Shown: piece after piece, positions 38,034 to 47,485 of the stretch
Layout of the letters: each line of letters starts with the position of its first letter
How positions within the stretch are numbered: position 1 is the stretch's first letter
Source of the DNA: Escherichia phage JEP6
Direction: 5' to 3' (one strand)
Sequence record: MT764206.1
DNA length: 64,000 bases
Notes under the pieces: generated by a model
Databases searched by the model: none
What the model was told of the DNA's origin: nothing
Seen by the model: the letters and a program-made list of their open reading frames with translations, nothing else
Translations under genes and position numbers: made by a program

Positions 38034-38482
38034 TCAACAATCACAATTTCTAATTTAGAGGAATATGTATCTAAAATCCCCTCAATAATATCCCAGTTCC
38101 CTTTACCTATGCCTGCACCAATCCTAGGCATATAGATTGTAGGTTTAATCAGTTTATTTTCACCAAACTCATTTAATTCTAACATACAATTCATTAAAGC
38201 GAAATACTCAAAATTTGGCCCTGGTTGAAATTGAGTATAAAGATTAAAGCAGTAAGCTTTATGAGTCCTAAAGTATTTTTCATAGACTGAATAAGAACCA
38301 AGTTTAGTTACATCACCCCATTCAGTCTGTAGTTTATCAGCTTCCAGAATTTTAGGGAAAGCTTTGGTTAATTGACCTGCGACTCCAGCTTTCATCGTAT
38401 GAAAACAATTGCATCCATGCGCAATATTTTTACCTTCAGCGAAAAGGGCGACAATATCGCCCTTGATATATTTTACAATCAT
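38015..38482 (-). CDS. Macrodomain protein (TARG1/DarG-like ADP-ribose hydrolase fold)
   Basis: GDIVALFAEGKNIAHGCNC...AGVAGQL and YMPRIGAGIGKGNW resemble the TARG1/C6orf130 motifs (SLAHC...GAGIA; MPRIGCGLD). Confidence 0.6.
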   Translation of the reverse strand: MIVKYIKGDIVALFAEGKNIAHGCNCFHTMKAGVAGQLTKAFPKILEADKLQTEWGDVTKLGSYSVYEKYFRTHKAYCFNLYTQFQPGPNFEYFALMNCMLELNEFGENKLIKPTIYMPRIGAGIGKGNWDIIEGILDTYSSKLEIVIVDWEPLL

Positions 38483-38826
38483 TTAGTACTCAATCCTCGA
38501 TTATAAGAATCTACCAAACGGTCAACCATTGAATGACAAGCGGCTTTATCTTTCTCCTCCGCAACTGAACATTCTAAGGTATTCCACTTTTTAGCATATC
38601 GTTTTAATAATGTATCGTTTTTGTATCTGCTTGATTTATCTCTTTCTCCATCTTTATATGCATATATTAATTTCTGCGCAAATTCAGCTTGGCACGCTTT
38701 ATTTTTCCCACAATAATCTGCCGCAGTGCGGTTTACATATTCTCTAATTTCAGTATATGATGTATCTGCTGACGCAGAAGCAGAAAATGAAATTAATCCT
38801 ATACATAAAACCAAAATTTTAGTCAT
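38479..38826 (-). CDS. Secreted Cys-containing protein (vs position by order)
   Basis: Signal peptide MTKILVLCIGLISFSASASA; 115 aa. Confidence 0.5.
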   Translation of the reverse strand: MTKILVLCIGLISFSASASADTSYTEIREYVNRTAADYCGKNKACQAEFAQKLIYAYKDGERDKSSRYKNDTLLKRYAKKWNTLECSVAEEKDKAACHSMVDRLVDSYNRGLSTK

Positions 38827-38992
38827 TTACTATTTCCAAAAGTTTATTATTTTTAAGGTAATTAGCCTTTTCTAGGACTTCAGAAGCATATTTAGAACCA
38901 GCTTTAACATTCCATCCTGAATTATAAGAGGATATTGCTTTTCTTATATCGCCCTTATGTATATTTAACCAATAAGAAAGTTCAATGTACGC

Positions 38993-39364
38993 TCAGGAAG
39001 CTGAATTGGATCGTTTATTCAACATTCTTTTTATTTCAGCATCGGTCATATTATAACCAAGTTCCTTAACTCTTGCTCGCATAGTAGGCAAATAATTTTG
39101 GAACATTCCGTAGGCGTGATGCTTTGGTTTAGATTTTAAATTAACTCCGCCAGAGCTTTCTTGCCATAAAATAGCAGCCATTATATGACCTAATCCGCTC
39201 TTGTGGATATTTTTGTGTGTTTTATATTTTCCATCCTTAGAAAATTGTTCCCCGAATTGATACGCGTAACGCATGTTATCGAGTTGGACATTACTGAAAG
39301 TATGCTCGGAGCTATGTGCCATCATTGAAATGGCCAATAGACCAGCGAGTAGTGCTTTTCTCAT
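38993..39364 (-). CDS. Secreted protein with lytic-transglycosylase-like motifs
   Basis: Signal peptide; LWQESSGG ... AYGMFQ (SLT-like E-S / G-x-M-Q motifs). Confidence 0.45.
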   Translation of the reverse strand: MRKALLAGLLAISMMAHSSEHTFSNVQLDNMRYAYQFGEQFSKDGKYKTHKNIHKSGLGHIMAAILWQESSGGVNLKSKPKHHAYGMFQNYLPTMRARVKELGYNMTDAEIKRMLNKRSNSAS

Positions 39365-39371
39365 GCTTACC

Positions 39372-39833
39372 TCATTGAGTTTTAATTACTGCTTTAGAAG
39401 CCTTTCCTGGTAAACGACGACTGTTGATAATTGCCATCCTACATTGAAGTGACGGGTCTTTGAACTTCGCGTTAGGTTTACAAACTGTAAATCCAAGCCA
39501 AAGATTTCCATCTGTGATTTCTAGACGTCCAGGACGATATTCAACCCCATCAATAAAATCCTCGTCAATGTCAGGACGCGGAGGCATACTCAGGAATTCA
39601 TTAACTTCTAAAACATGGTCTTTTATTTTATGGAATAATTCAAAAACATATGTCTCATCAATCTCCCGTTGAATTGCGCGATCAAGAAGATGTTGAGAAT
39701 ATTTTAGATGAAACGATGAGACCCCTGCTGCTTTTGATGCCTCACGAATCTCATTGTTAATTTGACGAAACTCCGACTCAAAGTGACGACGAAGCTTATT
39801 TCGACGGATAAAAACTTCTGTGTTGATAGTCAT
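39372..39833 (-). CDS. regB: Endoribonuclease RegB
   Basis: 153 aa at the expected position; recognised N-terminus MTINTEVFIRRNKLRRHFESEF. Confidence 0.8.
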   Translation of the reverse strand: MTINTEVFIRRNKLRRHFESEFRQINNEIREASKAAGVSSFHLKYSQHLLDRAIQREIDETYVFELFHKIKDHVLEVNEFLSMPPRPDIDEDFIDGVEYRPGRLEITDGNLWLGFTVCKPNAKFKDPSLQCRMAIINSRRLPGKASKAVIKTQ

Positions 39834-39857
39834 GTTATTCTCCTCTTAACTGATAGA

Positions 39858-39890
39858 AAAATTATACCACAGTCAAGAGGAAAAGTAAAC
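39858..39890 (-). promoter_or_regulatory. Early promoter upstream of regB
   Basis: aaattatacca ... gtaaac. Confidence 0.5.
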
Positions 39891-39892
39891 AA

Positions 39893-40171
39893 TTATTCTT
39901 TAAATCTAATCAATTTATTCATAGACTTTGAAACTTCTGCACGAACCTCATGTAGATTTTTGAGCTGTTCAAGACGCTGCTCATAGTAAGCAATTTCATC
40001 TTCTTCGAGACAGTCCTGTGAATCTTCTTTAAGATAACGTGCATAGTCCTGGAAAGCGTTACGAACTACTTCCTGGAAGTCATCAAGACTTTGAATTTTC
40101 TTAGGAGCAACAGATACACGACGAGGGGCAGTATAATACTCATAACCAAACCCTGCGCTTAATTGAGCCAT
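39893..40171 (-). CDS. Hypothetical protein (vs.3 position)
   Basis: ATG at 40171 overlapping the upstream stop; the track start at 40213 is less likely. Confidence 0.45.
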   Translation of the reverse strand: MAQLSAGFGYEYYTAPRRVSVAPKKIQSLDDFQEVVRNAFQDYARYLKEDSQDCLEEDEIAYYEQRLEQLKNLHEVRAEVSKSMNKLIRFKE

Positions 40172-40473
40172 TAGTATTTTTCCTCTGGTTGGAACACAGC
40201 ACGGCAAGCCCACATACTGGCTTCTTTGAGTTTCGTTTTAGCAATAGTTAACTGATCGAGGCTTTCGGCGTAATTCTTCGCGAGTTCACAGTCTTCACAA
40301 TTATCTAGTGCTTCCCAGAATTCATCGTATAAAGCATCAAAGATAAGTCCTAAACGAACTTCAGCGTCTTTGATAGCATTCACTTTACCGATTTTCTTTT
40401 CAGTATGCGGCTTATAACCCTTAATATCTTCAATCATATTTGACTTCCTCACCAGTACATAAATCATATTCAA
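40171..40473 (-). CDS. Hypothetical protein at the vs.4 position; candidate anti-CBASS Acb2 by synteny
   Basis: About 90-100 aa, third ORF upstream of regB; identity by map position only. Confidence 0.4.
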   Translation of the reverse strand: MNMIYVLVRKSNMIEDIKGYKPHTEKKIGKVNAIKDAEVRLGLIFDALYDEFWEALDNCEDCELAKNYAESLDQLTIAKTKLKEASMWACRAVFQPEEKY

Positions 40474-40651
40474 CTAAACGAATAGGTTCATGAATGCCAT
40501 ATCCTTGAACAGAAATTTCTGTAGTAGGATAAATTCCATCAATATCGCCCATATTCCACGCTTCATTAAATTGCTGTTCGCCTGAATTACTAAACCATTC
40601 GGCGAAAGCATTTAGCACATCTTCAGAACCTTCAATAATTATCTTTGCCAT
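40430..40651 (-). CDS. Hypothetical acidic protein
   Basis: 73 aa ORF. Confidence 0.45.
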   Translation of the reverse strand: MAKIIIEGSEDVLNAFAEWFSNSGEQQFNEAWNMGDIDGIYPTTEISVQGYGIHEPIRLVEYDLCTGEEVKYD

Positions 40652-41013
40652 TACAAACTCTCGGTAAAGGTACGAGCGATAACGTCGCGCTGCTGTTCCG
40701 GAGTCAGAGAGTTAAAGCGAACTGCATAACCGGATACACGGATGGTCAGCTGCGGATATTTTTCCGGATGCTTAACTGCATCTTCCAGAGTTTCACGACG
40801 CAGAACGTTAACGTTCAGGTGTTGACCACCTTCAATTTTAACTGTAGGCTGTTGCTCAATTTCAATTTCACGGGCATGCAAACCGTAGAAAATTTCTGGG
40901 TCTACAAAAGAGTCCTCTTTAAAGGTTTTAGAAACGATAATTCGTGCTTGAATACCATCTTCAAAATAAATAGTACCTTTATGTGTGCCTTCAAGAATTT
41001 GATATGCTTTCAT
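40651..41013 (-). CDS. Autonomous glycyl-radical cofactor (GrcA/YfiD-like)
   Basis: C-terminal [25 protein letters not shown] glycyl-radical motif; 120 aa. Confidence 0.75.
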   Translation of the reverse strand: MKAYQILEGTHKGTIYFEDGIQARIIVSKTFKEDSFVDPEIFYGLHAREIEIEQQPTVKIEGGQHLNVNVLRRETLEDAVKHPEKYPQLTIRVSGYAVRFNSLTPEQQRDVIARTFTESL

Positions 41014-41020
41014 ATAAACC

Positions 41021-41350
41021 TCAATTAGAAAATAAATTTATCCAAGATTGTTCTTTAATTAAAAATGGCTCAGAATCATATGCCATTAAACTCTGTGTGA
41101 TTAGTCCTTTAAAAGGCCCATCAATAAATTCCATGGTAAAATATGGAATTTTATTCATTAGCCGTGCATTAGGAGCAGTACACAAAACTCTGCATCCTTT
41201 GAATACACCTTTTTGTAATTTGTATTGCTTAGGATAAAATTCACTTAAAATGTTATTTTTTGCCAAAATTTCAAAATGATTCACCAATTTATTTTTAATA
41301 GTTTTTGGCGAAAAATAAAGATATTCGAAAAGCTGAGTGTCTGTCATCAT
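41021..41350 (-). CDS. Hypothetical protein
   Basis: ATG at 41350 overlaps the upstream stop (ATGATGA). Confidence 0.45.
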   Translation of the reverse strand: MMTDTQLFEYLYFSPKTIKNKLVNHFEILAKNNILSEFYPKQYKLQKGVFKGCRVLCTAPNARLMNKIPYFTMEFIDGPFKGLITQSLMAYDSEPFLIKEQSWINLFSN

Positions 41351-41886
41351 TGCATTCCGATTACGAAAAACTGCGGACGAGTAATACCACCAATACAACA
41401 TTTAATATTACAGCAGCAGTGTACAGTGTCAATGTGGACACTATAAATCTTATCCATATCAGGAGATTTGACAGGCTCATCAATTATATATAAAATTCGC
41501 GAAAGCGATAAACCTCTGAACTTGCTTCCTTTATTACCAATAAAACTGCGCACAGAATCAGTAAATAAACGAAAACGTATATCATCATTAGAATAACGCG
41601 AAAATTCCTTTTTAATGTTATTTGCAGAAATTTTAGCGTAAGCTGAAGTATTAGAAAGAACAATAACCGTTCCGCCATCATATAACCAATTAGCAGCAAA
41701 GTTAGTCACAGCAATTGATTTACCTGATTGACGTCCACCATCTAGTCGAAGTGTGCAATACTGTTTAAGTAAGTCTTCAAATGGTGGGACATAACCGTTC
41801 TTACAAATTTCTTCTACTCTAGCATCAGAATGGTGTGTAAAAGCATTCATCAGGGATAGATAAGGTCCAGTTAAAAATGTTCTCAT
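41347..41886 (-). CDS. Hypothetical protein occupying the denV-side position
   Basis: 179 aa; DGGRQSGKS P-loop-like segment; Cys-rich tail; no similarity to endonuclease V. Confidence 0.45.
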   Translation of the reverse strand: MRTFLTGPYLSLMNAFTHHSDARVEEICKNGYVPPFEDLLKQYCTLRLDGGRQSGKSIAVTNFAANWLYDGGTVIVLSNTSAYAKISANNIKKEFSRYSNDDIRFRLFTDSVRSFIGNKGSKFRGLSLSRILYIIDEPVKSPDMDKIYSVHIDTVHCCCNIKCCIGGITRPQFFVIGMQ

Positions 41887-41966
41887 TTAGTTTCTCTTTT
41901 AGGTTGGGCCATTCCGTGGCGCATGAATTGTCCATTTCTGTATTTACCCCTCCAAGTAATTATGAA

Positions 41967-41997
41967 TATACTATCACAATTCTAGGAGAAAGTAAAC
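41967..41997 (-). promoter_or_regulatory. Early promoter cassette copy
   Basis: tatactatca ... gtaaac. Confidence 0.5.
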
Positions 41998-41999
41998 TG

Positions 42000-42302
42000 T
42001 TATTTACCTTTAATTACTTTAGCTGCTTCGATAGCCGCTTGCTGAAGGTCATCCATAGACATACCGAATTTAGAAGCAAAGTTATCAATTTTCTTTTCGA
42101 CAGCATTCAAAGGCTTGGCCTGTTTACCTTCATTAGCGCCAGGAAGAGCGAGAATACGCTCTTTGTCAATATAAAGGCTTACAAGTTTCTTACGGTCTTT
42201 ATCGGACAAATCATGAAATGAATGGGCCTTTTTATTTATAGCGGCTTCTAATTTACCTGCACTCACTCGCGCTTCAGTAATAAATTCTTGATATGTTTTC
42301 AT
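42000..42302 (-). CDS. Internal head protein (IPII/IPIII-like) with capsid targeting sequence
   Basis: MKTYQEFITEARVSAGKLEA... CTS with L-x-E cleavage context; 100 aa. Confidence 0.7.
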   Translation of the reverse strand: MKTYQEFITEARVSAGKLEAAINKKAHSFHDLSDKDRKKLVSLYIDKERILALPGANEGKQAKPLNAVEKKIDNFASKFGMSMDDLQQAAIEAAKVIKGK

Positions 42303-42357
42303 ATGTTTCCTTTAAATGTAAATATTTTAATTGGTAATTGACTGTTTAAGTAACTGT

Positions 42358-42391
42358 GAATATATTATCACAATTCTAAGAGAAAGTAAAC
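42358..42391 (-). promoter_or_regulatory. Early promoter cassette copy
   Basis: tatattatca ... gtaaac. Confidence 0.5.
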
Positions 42392-42396
42392 TGCTT

Positions 42397-42921
<525 letters not shown>

Positions 42922-43362
42922 TTAAAAGAGGTTGTTCATTATTCGGTAAAGTGAAGGACCCATCACATATTGCCACTGAGTACGAGGAATAAGAGCAAAA
43001 GCGTCCATCTCTGGAATCATAACACCATCTTTATTTTCAAAATAAGACTCGCAATGGCAATTTCTAAACATCTCATGCTCTACTGGAATCGTATAATAAA
43101 ATAGCTGTAAGTCTTTATTACTAGAATATTTAAATACACCTAGGTCTTCTAGAAGGTCTGGATTATAATTGCTAAAACCGGTCTCTTCTAAGCATTCTCT
43201 TTTTGCAGCTTCCAGTGCATTCAAATCAGAACTTTCTACACGGCCCTTTGGAATATCCCAGCGGTGTGCCATCATTCCAGGCTTACGAGAACCAGTAACC
43301 CGACCCATAAATAAATCTTTATCTTCTGTCATAAAGATAATACCAGCTGATAAGGTTTTCAT
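42922..43362 (-). CDS. nudE: Nudix hydrolase
   Basis: Nudix box GRVESSDLNALEAAKRECLEETG. Confidence 0.8.
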   Translation of the reverse strand: MKTLSAGIIFMTEDKDLFMGRVTGSRKPGMMAHRWDIPKGRVESSDLNALEAAKRECLEETGFSNYNPDLLEDLGVFKYSSNKDLQLFYYTIPVEHEMFRNCHCESYFENKDGVMIPEMDAFALIPRTQWQYVMGPSLYRIMNNLF

Positions 43363-43847
43363 TTTAATTTCCTGCATTCAGTGATAAAGTTATTTAAATT
43401 TTGAGCATATTTCTTTTCATCAAAAATCTTTTGCTGTCTGCGTAAACGCCATGGCATTTCAATGAACATACGCCATATTCCTGATAATACTGCTGCTGTA
43501 AAAATATTAACAAGTATAGTTAAAAGAACCCAATCTCCTATTCTGTCCATTGGATTTTTTATAAAAAAGTAAAATACGAACGATGATATAGGAAGACTAA
43601 TGATATACCACAGAATAACCTTCTTATCTGTGAACCAATCGGCATTCGTTAACTTAGCGCGACCATTTTGAATACACACGAATTTATCATCTGTTACAGT
43701 AAATGGTTTAGCTGCTTGATATCCCATTCTAAACTCCCTAATTAATCGTTTCTTTGTATCTTCGGAACAACCATTCCAATCAACTCTATCAACTGAAATG
43801 CCATCATCCCCATCATCTAAATCATACCAGCGAGTTTTTAAAATCAT
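43359..43847 (-). CDS. Membrane protein
   Basis: 162 aa with two TM segments. Confidence 0.5.
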   Translation of the reverse strand: MILKTRWYDLDDGDDGISVDRVDWNGCSEDTKKRLIREFRMGYQAAKPFTVTDDKFVCIQNGRAKLTNADWFTDKKVILWYIISLPISSFVFYFFIKNPMDRIGDWVLLTILVNIFTAAVLSGIWRMFIEMPWRLRRQQKIFDEKKYAQNLNNFITECRKLK

Positions 43848-44218
43848 TTAATTTTCCTGCAATCGCTCACAAACTCTTTCATTGATTCATTTTCAATATA
43901 AGACATGTAGCTATTATATTCTTTTAATTGTATTTTGTAATCCTTTTTTCTTTGCCAATTTATTTTAAAATTATCATAATGAAAATATAACATAGTACCA
44001 AAGAATGAAAACAATGAAATAATTTTAGTATAACAAAGCTCACTCCAAACTTCTATTATATCTATTATACCGCTGACGTTACTACGGATGTTTAAAATAA
44101 GACAGTCAATTAACAATCCAAAAAGACTACCTGCAAGAGCTGCAAATGCTGATACGGCAAGAATTAATAGTGCCTCTGGAAACGAATATTTAACTTTATT
44201 TAGTTTTGGCTTTTGCAT
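43844..44218 (-). CDS. Membrane protein
   Basis: 124 aa with hydrophobic helices. Confidence 0.5.
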   Translation of the reverse strand: MQKPKLNKVKYSFPEALLILAVSAFAALAGSLFGLLIDCLILNIRSNVSGIIDIIEVWSELCYTKIISLFSFFGTMLYFHYDNFKINWQRKKDYKIQLKEYNSYMSYIENESMKEFVSDCRKIK

Positions 44219-44613
44219 CGTGATTCCTTAACAAATTTCATAATTTCATCAAATTCATACGCAGCAAGTTTAAGCTGATATTCCTTTTTAATCTTTTTAC
44301 ACTGTGCTTTCCAATCACGTACACGTTTACGATAATGTCTTCCTTGATACCAATATCCTATCCAATTTACAGGTACTAATAAAAGTGGAACTATTAATGG
44401 AAGAATTAGCATTAACACAAGTATTTCGCCAGAATCAATATCAGTCATAACATCTAAAACGCCTCCAATAATCAATAGAATTACAAATGATATGAGTATA
44501 ACAGGACCTATTAATACATCAGTAGAAATTAGCTGGCGCTTTAATTCATACTTTAAGGGTTTACTTGGAAGATACATTGATGGTTTTGACATATTCTCTA
44601 CATTCCTTAACAA
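44200..44613 (-). CDS. Membrane protein
   Basis: 137 aa with two TM helices. Confidence 0.5.
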   Translation of the reverse strand: MLRNVENMSKPSMYLPSKPLKYELKRQLISTDVLIGPVILISFVILLIIGGVLDVMTDIDSGEILVLMLILPLIVPLLLVPVNWIGYWYQGRHYRKRVRDWKAQCKKIKKEYQLKLAAYEFDEIMKFVKESRCKSQN

Positions 44614-45175
44614 ATTTTTCTAGTAATAAATCACTTTCAAAATTAGGATTTTCCACGAATTTATCAAAAAGATCATCAACAATATTCAAGATATTTCTTT
44701 TACTAAGAATACGTTTATTTTCATGCTTCGTTTCAGAATCAACTATAAGAGTAAAGAAATATTTCTTTCCCTGAAATTTTACTGTAGTATCAATATAGAA
44801 TAAATTTGACTTTTGTAAGTTACGTTTAAACCATGCGTCACTTAAACTATAAATGCCGAGATAATCATAATCGTCGTTTAAATAACATACTGTCCATTCA
44901 GGAGAAATGAAATCAGTAAATTCAACATCAAAATCACACGTCAATAAATGAATTGATTCAATACTGTTAATAAGTATTCCAGGACGTATTAAAGACTTTT
45001 TACCTCTGGAAAATCTTCCAGAAAGACTTTCATTAGTTTCATATGAAGAACCCCAATAGTAATTACGTCCTTCTGCCATGCGTTTAAGAGCATTTAGTAA
45101 TTGGTCTGGAACATCAACCTGTCTTTGGAACTCTTCAAACATTGAATTGAAATCACTTTGCATTTTCATTTTCAT
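44561..45175 (-). CDS. Hypothetical protein
   Basis: 204 aa ORF. Confidence 0.5.
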   Translation of the reverse strand: MKMKMQSDFNSMFEEFQRQVDVPDQLLNALKRMAEGRNYYWGSSYETNESLSGRFSRGKKSLIRPGILINSIESIHLLTCDFDVEFTDFISPEWTVCYLNDDYDYLGIYSLSDAWFKRNLQKSNLFYIDTTVKFQGKKYFFTLIVDSETKHENKRILSKRNILNIVDDLFDKFVENPNFESDLLLEKFVKECREYVKTINVSSK

Positions 45176-45195
45176 TCCTATTTACTCCAAGTAAT

Positions 45196-45211
45196 AGGGG
45201 CCGAAGCCCCT
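45196..45211 (-). terminator. C(UUCG)G hairpin
   Basis: aggggccgaagcccct. Confidence 0.55.
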
Positions 45212-45216
45212 TATCA

Positions 45217-45810
45217 TTATTTCAGAGAATTAATGTATTCCTGAACATCGGCAGAGGTAGTTTCAACCCCGGAAATATTACCGTTAAAGGTTTCAACTCG
45301 AGCAAGAGTATCTTCAATATCAACCTTAGTCAGTGCTGCAATTTCAACTACATCATCGGCAGTACTAATTCCAAGGGCATTTGCTGCACGAGTTTCACGG
45401 ATATATTCCAATTTAACTGCAAGTTCTTGACGAGCATCATCTAACTCAACTACTTTCTTAGCGATTTCAATTCGCATTTCAGCATAACCGTCAGCCTTAG
45501 TAGTCAACTGCTCAGCTGTTCGACGATATAGTAAACCGAGTTTAGCATGCATTGTTACATCTTGACCTTCGGAAAGAAGTTTACGAATTTCACGCTCTTT
45601 TGATTCGGCTTGTCGATTCTTTTCGACAATAAGTTCACGAATACGTTTTTCTTCATTAATAGATTTAACAGAAGCAGTTTTTAGATCTTTAATTTTATCA
45701 AGTAGTTTTGCTGCTGCAGCAGTATACTGTTCTTCAACAGATAAATTTTTAGCCATAGCAGAACCAAGTTTAGTGCGAATAAATTCAACAATTTTCTTCA
45801 GTGTGTTCAT
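45217..45810 (-). CDS. Hypothetical coiled-coil protein
   Basis: 197 aa ORF. Confidence 0.5.
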   Translation of the reverse strand: MNTLKKIVEFIRTKLGSAMAKNLSVEEQYTAAAAKLLDKIKDLKTASVKSINEEKRIRELIVEKNRQAESKEREIRKLLSEGQDVTMHAKLGLLYRRTAEQLTTKADGYAEMRIEIAKKVVELDDARQELAVKLEYIRETRAANALGISTADDVVEIAALTKVDIEDTLARVETFNGNISGVETTSADVQEYINSLK

Positions 45811-45850
45811 AGTATTTCCTTAGGTTGATTAAAAATAAAATCTGTGGAAG

Positions 45851-45881
45851 AATTATATCATGCTACTTAAGAGATGTAAAC
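45851..45881 (-). promoter_or_regulatory. Early promoter
   Basis: aattatatca ... gtaaac. Confidence 0.45.
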
Positions 45882-46386
45882 TATTTTTAATTTTACAAAT
45901 TCGTTCAGCTTCTTCAACAGCGGCAGTGATAATGCTTTTAGCTATAGGAGTACTAATACTAGTAGCTTTTACACTTAACACGATTTCTTTATCTTCACCA
46001 GGCCAACCCCACGATTTTTCACCATGAGTGCCTTTAATTACAGCAGACACCTCAAGTGAGCATCCATTATCGCATGTTTTTACATTAACAACCCAAGTGT
46101 CACTTTTCTCAACCGGTTTATCCCAGTAAATATTAAGAATACGTGGGACATCAAATTTAGCAGGGCAAATCTTAACCGTAAGACCTTCGCTTTCTAGCCA
46201 ATTAATAAGAGGGCGTTCATACATGCGGCGATGTGGGCTTTGAACTCGACAAGCTTTGTACCCATTGCTCGCGGCTTCACTAAGCTCTTCTAATACCTGC
46301 TTTTGCATTATTGATAAGATACCATCAAAAGATTTTTCGGAAGTTTCATTCAGTTCGGTATAAAGAGACATAACAGTTTTCCTCAA
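45853..46386 (-). CDS. Hypothetical protein
   Basis: 177 aa ORF. Confidence 0.5.
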   Translation of the reverse strand: MRKTVMSLYTELNETSEKSFDGILSIMQKQVLEELSEAASNGYKACRVQSPHRRMYERPLINWLESEGLTVKICPAKFDVPRILNIYWDKPVEKSDTWVVNVKTCDNGCSLEVSAVIKGTHGEKSWGWPGEDKEIVLSVKATSISTPIAKSIITAAVEEAERICKIKNSLHLLSSMI

Positions 46387-46396
46387 ATTATAGGCT

Positions 46397-46427
46397 CATA
46401 ATATCTCAATCATGAGCCTATGTAAAC
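46397..46427 (-). promoter_or_regulatory. Early promoter
   Basis: cataatatctca ... gtaaac. Confidence 0.45.
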
Positions 46428-46691
46428 TTATTTCATATTATTGAAATATTCTTCTGCGATTTCGTCGTTATCATGGTAAACTTTAGAAGACAGTTTAACA
46501 TAACTTTCAGCAGTGAACATGTTAATCACAACCTTTACAGTATACCACTGACCATCTTCATTACCCATTACTGCGTAAGTTTCAAACATCGGATGGTCAG
46601 GACCGATAACTTTAATATCATTCACTGTACGACCAAAATCTTCTGAAACACATTTCATAAAGAAGTTGAACAGTTCGCCGTAATTATCCAT
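46428..46691 (-). CDS. Hypothetical protein
   Basis: ATG at 46691 with GGAG SD; the track start at 46745 lies inside the promoter. Confidence 0.5.
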   Translation of the reverse strand: MDNYGELFNFFMKCVSEDFGRTVNDIKVIGPDHPMFETYAVMGNEDGQWYTVKVVINMFTAESYVKLSSKVYHDNDEIAEEYFNNMK

Positions 46692-46733
46692 TTCATTCTC
46701 CAAGTTGTTTTTCTGTATCAGTAGTTGATAGTT

Positions 46734-46766
46734 GTATAGTACCATGGAAGGACAAGGATGTAAACC
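46734..46766 (-). promoter_or_regulatory. Early promoter cassette copy
   Basis: tatagtacca ... gtaaaccgttttgtgaaaaa. Confidence 0.55.
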
Positions 46767-46902
46767 GTTTTGTGAAAAATTTTTTAAAAAGTTTTAGGGA
46801 ATTCTAGGGCAGGGAGGGGCAATTAAAAGATAGGATAATATATTATAAAGGGTAGAAACTAAATGATGTCTAGAGAGGCCTGGAAAGGCCTAGATACCAA
46901 AA

Positions 46903-46926
46903 AGCCCCAACCTTTTGGCTAGGGCT
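46903..46926 (-). terminator. Rho-independent terminator (10-bp stem, AAAA loop, U tract)
   Basis: agccccaaccttttggctagggct followed on the transcript by UUUUU. Confidence 0.6.
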
Positions 46927-46933
46927 AAGAATG

Positions 46934-47407
46934 TTATTTGATTTGTTTAGCAGACCAAATGCGGTCTTTAATAATTTTTTGGATGTCTTCAACATACTCA
47001 AGAGAGTGAGCATGTGGGTTATCTTTGAAACTATAAGCACGAGCTAGCTTTTGGCCTTCAGTTTTGATTACTAAAAGCTCTTTAAGGATAGCTTCATATT
47101 TAGCGATAATTCCTTTAACAATATTTTTTTCTTGTGCAGCTTTAGGATCTGCTTTAGGCGCAGGTTTACCCGAAGCCTTTGCAAAAGCAGCGCCAGTAGC
47201 AACTAGACTTTTCCAGGCCATACTAACTGCATTTCCCGTAAATCCTTCTGCTTTCATGTCGCGAGCAAATTGGAATCGTGATTCGTCAGAAGCATCTTTA
47301 TAGGAATATTTACCCGCTGCAATGGCTGCTTTTGCGACAGCTTGAATTTCGGTGCTAGATGCTTCATTTAACACCGCTTCATTTAAAAATTGAGCATATG
47401 ATTTCAT
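46934..47407 (-). CDS. Internal-protein-like protein with N-terminal capsid targeting sequence
   Basis: MKSYAQFLNEA... resembles the IP CTS (MKTYQEFI.E); Ala/Lys-rich; 157 aa. Confidence 0.55.
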   Translation of the reverse strand: MKSYAQFLNEAVLNEASSTEIQAVAKAAIAAGKYSYKDASDESRFQFARDMKAEGFTGNAVSMAWKSLVATGAAFAKASGKPAPKADPKAAQEKNIVKGIIAKYEAILKELLVIKTEGQKLARAYSFKDNPHAHSLEYVEDIQKIIKDRIWSAKQIK

Positions 47408-47461
47408 CTTATTTCCTGTTTTAATTCGTGGATTTAATATACTACTATATTTATACTAAAA

Positions 47462-47485
47462 AGCCCCAACCTTTCGGTCGGGGCT
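47462..47485 (-). terminator. Rho-independent terminator (GAAA loop), near-identical repeat of 46903-46926
   Basis: agccccaacctttcggtcggggct followed by U tract. Confidence 0.6.
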
